Program-made: the position numbers and the translations under genes | In this document: piece after piece, positions 55,416 through 64,000 of the stretch | Layout of the letters: the number at the start of each line of letters is the position of its first letter | How positions within the stretch are numbered: the stretch's first letter is position 1 | The notes under the pieces: model-generated | Told to the model about the DNA's origin: nothing | The model's database searches: none | The model's input: the letters and a program-made list of their open reading frames with translations, nothing else | Source: an uncultured Planctomycetaceae bacterium | Lineage (GTDB): Bacteria > Planctomycetota > Planctomycetia > Planctomycetales > Planctomycetaceae | DNA: 64,000 nt | NCBI GenBank assembly: GCA_963813715.1 | Contig: CAWFAK010000014.1 | Span: forward strand, 1 to 64,000 | Direction: 5' to 3'

Positions 55416-56261
55416 GGCTGGCGATCGTTCGCGTCGATGAAGGCGGCCAGCGTGTCGATGTACTCCTTGGGAATGTAGCCGGGCATGATGGCCGTCAGGT
55501 GCGATTTCCCGGGCAGGACGACGCTTTTGAAATTCACGAGCTCGCGCTGCATGCGATGGGTTTTCGTGTTGGGGCCGTCGAATTCGCCGTTGATCGCCAA
55601 CACGGGGATTTTGATTTTGGTCAGGTCGATCTTCGTTCGCTCGCCCGGCTTCCAGGGATATTGACGGACGGCGGTGAGCGCTTCGCGATCCTGGTTCGCG
55701 AAGTGCGCCGAGCGTTTTCCGCGCCTCGGCCTCTTTCGGATCCGGTCCTGGCTTGTCGGTCGGTACTTTGTCCTTCCACTCCGCCTCGACTTCGGGAACG
55801 CCCGAGCCGCCGAAGACCGCCGTCACGAAGCGTTCGGGGTGTGTCGCGAGCAGCTGGCCGGTGATGAAGCCTCCCATCGAGTAGCCGCCGATGTGCGCCT
55901 TCTCGATCTTGAGGTGGTCCATCAGCTCGACGACGTCTTCGGCCATCTGCGGGCCGTACTTCGCCGGATCGTGCGGCTTGTCGCTCTGTCCGTGTCCGCG
56001 ACAGTCGATGGCGACGACCCAGTGCCGCCCGATGAGCGCGTCGGCGATGCCGTTGGTGAACCAATTGCCGAGCGCCGTGCCCGTGTAGCCGTGAATCAAA
56101 ACCACCGGAGCGCCCGGCCCGTTTTTGTTTCCGGCTTCGAGGTAGTGAATTTTAACGCCGTCGTGAGCGGTGAAATAACCGTCCGTGGGCTGAACGGCCA
56201 GGGCAGGGGCCGTGGCCGCAACGACAAGCAGCAATCCCAACGCGGGAAGGGTCAAGCGCAT
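55412..56261 (-). CDS. Secreted alpha/beta hydrolase (frameshifts near 55660-55700)
   Basis: VVLIHG, DCRGHGQSDKP, GYSMGG and LPGKSH motifs. Confidence 0.88.
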
Positions 56262-56394
56262 CACATCTCCCTTTGGTCCTGCAGGAACGTCAAATACCGA
56301 TCCGCGGCGATCGGCGGCACAACTATGCCGTAACACAACGCAGGCGGGAGAGCAAATCAAAAGTGATGCGAGCCGAACGCGACCGGTGTGCCCG

Positions 56395-57671
56395 TCACTC
56401 CGGCAACGGCCGGCCCTTGGTCTCCGGCAAAAACAGCAACAAGACGATTCCCACCAGAAAAAGCAGGCTCAGCCCGGTCACCGCCTGTTCGAGTCCGAAT
56501 CGCGACTTCAACTCGCCCGACAGCCAGAGCATCGGTGCGGCCACCAACCTTCCGCCGTTGAAACAAACCGCCGCGCCCGTGGCCCGCAGACGGCTCGGAA
56601 ACAGCTCCGGAAAATAGATCGCAAACCCTGCATGAATCCCCAGCGTGAAGAACCCGAAAATGGGCAAAGTGCAGAACATTTGCCACTCGGTGCGCGGGAC
56701 ATAGCAGGTAAACGGGACCACGACGAGCGCCACCGCCTGAAACAGGGCAAAGGCGCCGCGCCGGCCCAGTCGTTCGGCGATCGGGCCGAAGCTCAACAGT
56801 CCCAGGCCGCCGCCCGCCGTCTCGATGATGCCGTAGGCAAACTTGGCCCGTTGACTCGCCACCTCCAAGTCGACGCCGCGATGCAACAGCAGCTCGCGCA
56901 TCAGGTCCTGGCCGGCAACCGTCACGCCCCAGAAGGTCGCCAGTCCGACGGCCGCGAGGCACAGCCCGGGAATTGCCGGAGGGCCCAGCGACGGTCGCCG
57001 AACAGATCGCTCAAGCTTCCCATCCGCTCGCCGTGGGCACCGGCCAATCGCCATCGTTCCGGCTCTTGCACCGTCGAACGCACCCACAGCACCAAGAGGG
57101 CCGGCAAGATGCCGATCACGTAGGCCCCGCGCCAATGCGTGCCGACGGCGATCCCGGCCGCGGCCGCCAGCCACGTTCCCAAAATGCTCGTCGCGTGAAA
57201 GATGCCCGAGGCCCGCGCCGAGCGGCGGCGGGAAAGACCTCGGCAATCAGCGCGGCGGCCACCGCCCACTCGCCTCCCACGCCCATCGCCACGAAGAACC
57301 GCAGCACGGCGACGTGCCACAGCGTGGTCGCGAAATAAGTCAGCCCGGAGAAGACGGAGTAGACCAGAATCGTGGCCGACATCATCGACTTGCGACCAAA
57401 GCGATCGGCCAGGCTGCCAAACAACACGCCGCCGACCGTGCCGCCGACCAGAAACACTCCGAGCAGCACATCGCCCCAAAACTTCGCCCCGCGCGAACCG
57501 GTCTCGCGACCCCAACAACTCGGCCAGCATCGGATCGCGCGTGATGATGAAGAGCTGACTTTCGAACTGATCGAAAACCCAACCCGCCGACGCGATCAGC
57601 AGGATCAGCCAGTCGTAGCGAGAGACGTCGCTGTACCAGCGGGCGCTGAATTCGGGCGGAGCGGCCTTCAT
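56395..57671 (-). CDS. MFS transporter (several frameshifts)
   Basis: GWVFDQFE, GSLADRFGRK, GVGGEW, YFPELFPSRLRATG and LPETKG motifs. Confidence 0.9.
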
Positions 57672-57741
57672 GCGATTCAGGCTGGTCGCGCAGCCGGGCG
57701 GTGTCAAGCAGCTGTAACGACGTGTGCACCGATGCGACGCA

Positions 57742-59310
57742 ATGGCAAAGCCCGCTGAGCAGGGCTACGATCGAGTCGAGAGCCCCTTAGAGTGGAGTGG
57801 CGGTCTGGCAAATCGCATTCTTTATTGTGCGTGCATAAGCGCGCTATTCGTGCTCGCCGCGCCGCTTTTGCTCGCAGAGGAGCCGCCGCGCATCCGGCGG
57901 GCATTCGCCACTGCTATGAACTTAGTACAGGAGGGAATGTCGGAAGCCGAGGTGCTCGCCCGGGTTGGTAAGCCGGATGACGTCAGCACGCGGAAAGATT
58001 GGGAAATGATGTCCGCTCACACGCGCGAAGTGTGGCGCGATGGCGCGTCGGGGCACATGGCGGCGGCCACCTTGGGACAAATTGGCATCGATGAGAATCA
58101 CAAGGTCGCATGGGTTACCGGCCAAGGGACGCCTCCTCCCGACGGTATGTTTACGGAGCCTGAACTGCGAGCCTTGTTGGAGGCGCTCGACGACTCGCCC
58201 GCTCAAGACGGATCCCGTTATAACCCTCGCCCGGTCATTCGCGCCGTCAATCTTCTGCAACCGCTGGGGAAGGAACGGGCCCTAGCAGCGGTCGATGAAT
58301 TCCTGCGAGTGTCCTCCGAATACGCGGACCACGACGCCCGGGAGGGACTGTTTCTCGTGCTGCGGACTCTGTTCGAGGTTCCCAACGTCCCGACCGTTTT
58401 CCCCGACGGCAGCACGCCGTCGCCACCGGGATTTATGCCACCTCTTTACGGCCTTCCCGCGCCCTCTGGGCCCGACGACAAAACACTCCTACCCCGTTTC
58501 CCAATTGTGATCGCGGGTGACGTCCCATTTTTGATCACGCAGTGGGGAGGTCACAGTGGCCCGCCTCAAATGCCGGAATCCCATGTAGCGTACTTTCGAA
58601 AGTATGGGACGCTGCGAGCCAAGCCGCTAATGCCGTCGTGCAAGCCGTTCGAAGCTCTTGATGCGGTGATAAATTCTCGGCGTTGGTGGCTTCACTTCGA
58701 GAGCGATCGCGTTTCTCGCGACGAAGAACAGCGGAAGGCAGACGCGGCGAAACGGCGCGAAGACCAAGAGCAGCGGATTCACCTGCGTAACCAGTTGCTG
58801 AGACTCCTGGAAACGGTTCATCGCTTGGAGCCGGACGAGGCGGGCGGGTTTCTGTCTTTTGGCGCCAGCGATCGCCGGTTCGAGAAGGTCGCCGAAAGGG
58901 AAAACAACAAGATCATCGCTGAGGCGTCGAAACGCGCGATCCGCTGGGACAACCAAAACTTCCGATACGCGTTTTTGGACGGAACGTTTGTACCGCCGTT
59001 CGACCCCAAGCGTCATCCGGCGCAGGGCTGGCAACCGTCGGCTCCCGGTCTAAACCTCGAACTCATTTTTCGACGACAAAGCCGACGGTATGTCGATGTG
59101 CGGGCGTACGACCCTTCCGACGGGATAAAACGCAATCCAGACGCGGTCGTCCGGGTGTTCGACGTCAAAGCCAAGGACAAGCCACTTTTTGAGACCGGAG
59201 AAGGCTCGAAGGGTTGGATTTCGACGATCCGATTGGACGAAGGAGGCGAAATGCAGTTGGAACTGACCGTCGCCAAGCACACCCAGCGCAGCCCGGTATT
59301 CAAGCCCTAG
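57742..59310 (+). CDS. Secreted hypothetical protein
   Basis: Long ORF with a hydrophobic N-terminal segment and a GMSEAEVLARVGKPD (SmpA/OmlA-like) motif. Confidence 0.7.
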   Translation: MAKPAEQGYDRVESPLEWSGGLANRILYCACISALFVLAAPLLLAEEPPRIRRAFATAMNLVQEGMSEAEVLARVGKPDDVSTRKDWEMMSAHTREVWRDGASGHMAAATLGQIGIDENHKVAWVTGQGTPPPDGMFTEPELRALLEALDDSPAQDGSRYNPRPVIRAVNLLQPLGKERALAAVDEFLRVSSEYADHDAREGLFLVLRTLFEVPNVPTVFPDGSTPSPPGFMPPLYGLPAPSGPDDKTLLPRFPIVIAGDVPFLITQWGGHSGPPQMPESHVAYFRKYGTLRAKPLMPSCKPFEALDAVINSRRWWLHFESDRVSRDEEQRKADAAKRREDQEQRIHLRNQLLRLLETVHRLEPDEAGGFLSFGASDRRFEKVAERENNKIIAEASKRAIRWDNQNFRYAFLDGTFVPPFDPKRHPAQGWQPSAPGLNLELIFRRQSRRYVDVRAYDPSDGIKRNPDAVVRVFDVKAKDKPLFETGEGSKGWISTIRLDEGGEMQLELTVAKHTQRSPVFKP

Positions 59311-59457
59311 AACGCGGGCAATCAAAGAAGAAAATCGTCCCATGACTTTCGACCATGGCGAACCACGTCCTCGCTCGCGCGTGCGTGCCCTGTTGGCAAT
59401 CCCCGCACCGTGCTCCTCAAACAGAGCGCCTGAACGGTCTCACCGGGAAAATGCGGC

Positions 59458-60261
59458 ATGGAAATCGGCTTCGCGGCGCTGATCCTCTTCATCGCAGTGG
59501 TCCTGCCAGTCTGGGCGTACGTGACGGCGATCACCCGTTTGATGAAACTCACGGTCAACGTCCAGAAGGCCCCGGTGCCGCTTGATCCTAATACGAATCC
59601 CTTTCCGACTTTGCTCGGCGAGCATTTTGATCGTGTGCAAAGCGGCCTGCGGGGCCAGGGTTTCGAGTCTGTCGCCGACTATGCGCTGGCAGAGATGATT
59701 CCCAATGCCGCAGGGTTTGCGCGGATGTTCGTAAATCGCGCGGAAAAAGAGGTCGCGCGTGGCTTGGCCACTTGCTTCAAGCATCCCGTCTCGGGCTGGA
59801 GCCTCCGGCAGGCCTCCTGTCACTTTGAAACAATGTTTGTGGACGGGACCGGCATTGTCACTTCAAACACTGGTGGCCCGCGCATGCTTCCTCGGTCGGC
59901 GGAAGTGCAACGATTCGTCTTCGCCGACATCCGTGACGTGGCATGGCTGCATCAGCTTCACCAAGCGATCGTGGCACGCTTCGCGGACGGTCGCGTGAAA
60001 GAATTCGTCTTTGAAACGCGCTGCGGCGGCGACCCGATGCGATATCACGCCTGGTCCGCCGAGCGGACATACGATCGCTGGCAACGTGGCGGCTATTACC
60101 ATCGAGACGAGCAAGCGGGCATCTTGCGACTGACGCTCAAAGGCGCGGCAGTGGCCGCGTTGTACCTGCTACCTCCGGGACGGCAAGTGTTGAAACGGCG
60201 CCGCGAGTGGAAGGCGAAACGACTGCTGAGAGAATTAGACGTGCGAGGCTTGGCGACATGA
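59458..60261 (+). CDS. Hypothetical membrane-anchored protein
   Basis: N-terminal TM; ATGA overlap with the next gene. Confidence 0.7.
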   Translation: MEIGFAALILFIAVVLPVWAYVTAITRLMKLTVNVQKAPVPLDPNTNPFPTLLGEHFDRVQSGLRGQGFESVADYALAEMIPNAAGFARMFVNRAEKEVARGLATCFKHPVSGWSLRQASCHFETMFVDGTGIVTSNTGGPRMLPRSAEVQRFVFADIRDVAWLHQLHQAIVARFADGRVKEFVFETRCGGDPMRYHAWSAERTYDRWQRGGYYHRDEQAGILRLTLKGAAVAALYLLPPGRQVLKRRREWKAKRLLRELDVRGLAT

Positions 60262-63200
60262 TCGACGACTTACGAACCTCGAACGGCGAGAGCAACGATC
60301 CAGCGGCAGGCGTTTCGCGCCGAGATTTCTTGGCGGCCGGTGCGGGCGCGCTGACGCTGCACGTTCTGAATGACTGCTGCGACACGCAGGCAGCGCCGCC
60401 GATCAAATCAGGTACCCATCACATCCCGCCTGACAAGGGGCTCGATCCGAAGTGGGTCGAAGGTCTGTTCGCGAAGGGGCCAAGGAAGGTCTACGCGGGC
60501 GACGAGCTCACGTGCATCGGCATGCCGGTCGGCGGGATTTGTGCCGGGACAACTTTATCTGCGCGGCGACGGCACATTGGCCGAGTGGGGCGTTTTCAAT
60601 GTCGATCGCTTCACTGGCTACGGCGACAATTGCTATCGCACGTATACGCCGCCTTCGCCCATCGAGCAGGGGTTTGGGCTGGCAATCATGCCCGTCGGCG
60701 GTCGCACCGTTTATCGCACGCTCGATCGACGCGGCTTTCCGCGGATTGAGTTCACGGGCGAGTATCCGATCGGCACCGTCCGCTATCGGACGGCTGATGG
60801 AGATTCGCAGCCGGTTGAAGTCACGCTGGAAGCGTTCAGCCCGTTTGTGCCGCTCGATGCGCGGCAGTCAGCGACGCCGGGGACGGTGCTTCGCTATCGC
60901 GTGAAAAATCTCTCGCAGCAACGCGTGCAGGCGGCGCTCGGCGGCTGGATTCAGAATCCTGTCGGGCAGCGGCACATTGGACGGTATCGCGCGACTCGGC
61001 AGAACCGGATTCTGCGTTCGCAGGGGCTGACGAGCTTGGTGATGACGATCGCCGAGTCGCCACCGCCGGCCGCGGGTAACGTGCGGGAGCCGGAGGTATT
61101 CGCCAATTTCGAGGGGAACTCGTACGGCAAATGGCGGGTGACGGGAACGGCGTTTGGCCAGCATCCTGCACACGGCACGCTGCCCGGCCAGCAGCGGGTC
61201 AGCGGCTACGGCGGGCAGGGGCTGGTCAATTCGTTCCTGCACGGTGACGACACGGAAGGAACGTTGACGTCGCCGGAATTCACCATTCGCCGTCCTTACA
61301 TTCAGTTTCGCATCGGCGGCGGCAACCGGCCGCACGACGCGTGCCTGAACCTGGTGAGCGGTGGGAAAGTGGTCCGCACGGCCACCGGCAAAGACAACGA
61401 AAAGCTCGAGTGGGATTTCTGGGACGTTACTGATTTGGTGGGCCATCGCGCGGAACTTCAAATCGTGGACCGGGCCAAGGGGGGTTGGGGGCACATCAAC
61501 GTCGACGACATTTTGTTCGCCGATGGGCCTCCCAAGGGGATGCACCTGCCGCGGCTCGACCAGCAGCCCGACTTCGGCTCGTTGCTCTTGGGCGTGATCG
61601 ACGAAGACGCGCGGGCCGCCGCGAGCGAATTCGGACATTTCCGCGGCGCGGGCGAAACGCGCGGGCTCGACGTGGCGCCGGCGACCGCCGAGTTTCCGCT
61701 GGCCGCGAACGCCCCGGACGCCGGACTGGTGAGCGAGTTCGTGCTCGAACCGGGGGCCGAGCATGAGGTCACGTTCCTCGTGTGCTGGCATTTCGCCGGC
61801 GGCGAGCACGGCCGGATGTATGCCAACTGGTATGGCGACGCGCACGCTGTCGCGCAGCATCTGCAGAAGAACCTCGCATCGCTCACTGGCCTCACACGCC
61901 TCTTTCGCGACACCTATTTCGATAGCACACTGCCCAACTGGCTACTCGCGCGGCTGATGATGCCGATCAGCACGCTAGCCACGAACACGGTGCAGTGGCG
62001 GCGAAACGGCCGATTTTGGGCCTGGGAGGGAGTCGGCTGCTGCGACGGCACCTGCACCCACGTCTGGAACTACGCCCAGGGCATGGGGCGACTCTTTCCC
62101 GAATTGGAACGCAGCGCCCGCGTGATGCAGGACCTGGGCGTCGGCTTCGATGCCAAGACCGGACGCGTCGGTTTTCGCGGCGAGAACCCATCTCAGCCGT
62201 ATGCGGCCGACGGGCAGTGCGGCACGGTGCTCAAGTGTTATCGCGAGCACCTGATGTCGAAGGACAAGAGCTTTCTTACGGAGCACTGGCCCCGCATCAA
62301 GCAAGTCATGGAGTACGAGCTCGGTCGCGACAAGAACGACGACGGCGTGATCGAGGATCGCCAGTGGAACACGTATGACCTCGACTTCGTCGGGCCCAAC
62401 ACGTTCGTGGGCGCGCTCTATCTCGCCGCGCTGCTGGCGGCCTCCAAGATGGCCGACTTGATGGGCGACCGCGAATTTGCCCAGCGCTGCCGCGAGATTA
62501 CACGGAGCGGCAGCCGTTGGACGGTGAAGAATCTCTGGAACGGCGAATACTTCATTCAGCGGATTCCGCCGGGCCAATCGCCCAAGTTTCAATACGGCGA
62601 CGGCTGCCTGGCCGATCAGCTGTTTGGCCAGACGTGGGCTGACCAGGTGTCGCTGGGTGACCTCTATCCGTCGGACCGGATTCTCACGGCCCTCAAGGCC
62701 GTCTATCGATACAACTGGGCGCCGAACGTCGCGGCCCAAAGCGCGGCCCATCCTCCGCAACGCTGGTTCGCTCGGCCGGGCGACGCGGGGCTGTTCACCT
62801 GCACGTGGCCCAACGGGGGCCGCATGGCGGAGCCGGTGCTCTATCGCGACGAAGTCTGGACGGGCATCGAGTACCAAGTGGCATCGTGCCTTTTGCATCG
62901 CGGTCTGATTCGCGAGGCTTTGAGCATCTTGCGCGGCGTCGACGATCGTTACGACGGCAAGCATCACAATCCGTGGAACGAGGTCGAGTGCGGCGACCAT
63001 TACGCGCGGGCGTTGGCCTCTTGGGGCTGCCTCATCTCCGTGTCGGGCTTTCTCTACGACGGACCGGCCGGGCGTCTGGGATTTTCGCCCCGCTGGCAGT
63101 CCGACAATTTCCGCGCGTTCTTCACGGCCGCCGCCGGCTGGGGCACGCTCGAACAAATTCGAGACGGTCAGTCGCAGGCGAACGGGAATCAGGCAAAGGG

Positions 63201-63423
63201 GGCGCAGACGAATCGCATCCACGTGAAGCACGGTGACGTGCGGCTCCGCGAGTTGGTGTTCGAACTGCCCGCCAAAATTGCCTCGCCCAGCGTGCGAGTC
63301 GAGCTGGACGGGCAGCCTCTGCCGGCCCAACTGCGGCCGAATGGACGCCGGATGGATACGATTCTGGCGGAGCCGATCGTAGTGAGTGCGGGCCAGACGC
63401 TGGCCGTCGCTTTTTCTTGGTAG
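60258..63423 (+). CDS. Tat-exported GH116-family glycoside hydrolase (frameshift near 60545)
   Basis: SRRDFL Tat motif, GMPVGGI, EAFSPF.P, WEG.GCC.GTCTHVWNY, WNGEYF, GCLADQ, EVWTGIEY and NPWNEVECGDHYAR. Confidence 0.9.
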
Positions 63424-63534
63424 GACACCCGGCGAAATCGAGGGCACGAATTTCGAGGATTGACGCGCTCGACCGTGGCATCGCATGCTGAGTGCGCCAA
63501 CAATGTAATCGGCGGACATTCCAAGAGGCGCACC

Positions 63535-63990
63535 ATGAAATACAGCGTGGAGAAAGTTGATTTCTGGTCGGGTGAGATTCGCGATGAAGTCGGGGGCCTG
63601 GCGGTCGGCCTGCGGCCCCTCGTCGACGCCGGCTCCAACTTCGTGTTCGTCATCGCCCGTCGACAGCCGGACAAACCGGGCTCGGGGCTCGTCTTTCTCG
63701 GCGGGCTCAGCGGCGCGAAACAGTCCAAAGCGGCGGTGGCCGCCGGCTTCGAGAGAGCGGACATGCCCGGCCTGCGGATCCAGGCGCCGGACAAGGCGGG
63801 CACCGTCGAATCAATCGTCGCGCAGATGGCCGAGGCGGGCATCAATTTGCGGGGTGTGAGCGCGTCAGGCGCCGGTTCGCGGTGCTCGGTGATCCTGGCC
63901 TTCGACACGAGCAAGGACCGCGACAAAGCTGCCCGTTTGCTCAAGAGTCCTCCGCCGGCAAAACGACGCTCGAAACGCAAACGGACTTAG
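63535..63990 (+). CDS. ACT-domain-containing protein
   Basis: DEVGGLA...L.DAG.N and DKAG...MAEAGINL paired ACT-like motifs. Confidence 0.8.
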   Translation: MKYSVEKVDFWSGEIRDEVGGLAVGLRPLVDAGSNFVFVIARRQPDKPGSGLVFLGGLSGAKQSKAAVAAGFERADMPGLRIQAPDKAGTVESIVAQMAEAGINLRGVSASGAGSRCSVILAFDTSKDRDKAARLLKSPPPAKRRSKRKRT

Positions 63991-64000
63991 GCGGCGGGTG

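Noticed and set aside
53859..56360. 833-aa hydrolase-sulfatase fusion
   Set aside because: The hydrolase C-terminus is in another frame (55412..55603) with its own stop, so these are two genes.

Overview
High-GC bacterial DNA, mostly Planctomycetota-like. Markers are an Ftr/FhcD formyltransferase, a large surface protein with an ETLEDRLMLS motif, Cys-type sulfatases, WD40/LRR/TPR proteins and a planctomycete-type tyrosine integrase beside tRNA-Lys(TTT). Many genes carry 1-bp frameshifts, most simply explained by unpolished long-read data, so I merged ORF pieces into genes. The first ~3.4 kb looks Acidobacteria-like and joins the rest mid-gene at ~3413, which suggests a chimera. The most unusual structure is at 27.4-46.3 kb. 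Seven co-oriented copies of a composite palindromic repeat (up to ~170 bp) separate unrelated 1-3-gene modules in a cassette-like layout. The repeat contains a close match to the terminal inverted repeat of an intact IS that sits inside the same region, inserted into a REP-like hairpin. The region ends in a 1.2-kb non-coding array of different palindromes punctuated by GGGACGGGACAC. All calls come from reading the sequence by eye; no database searches were run.
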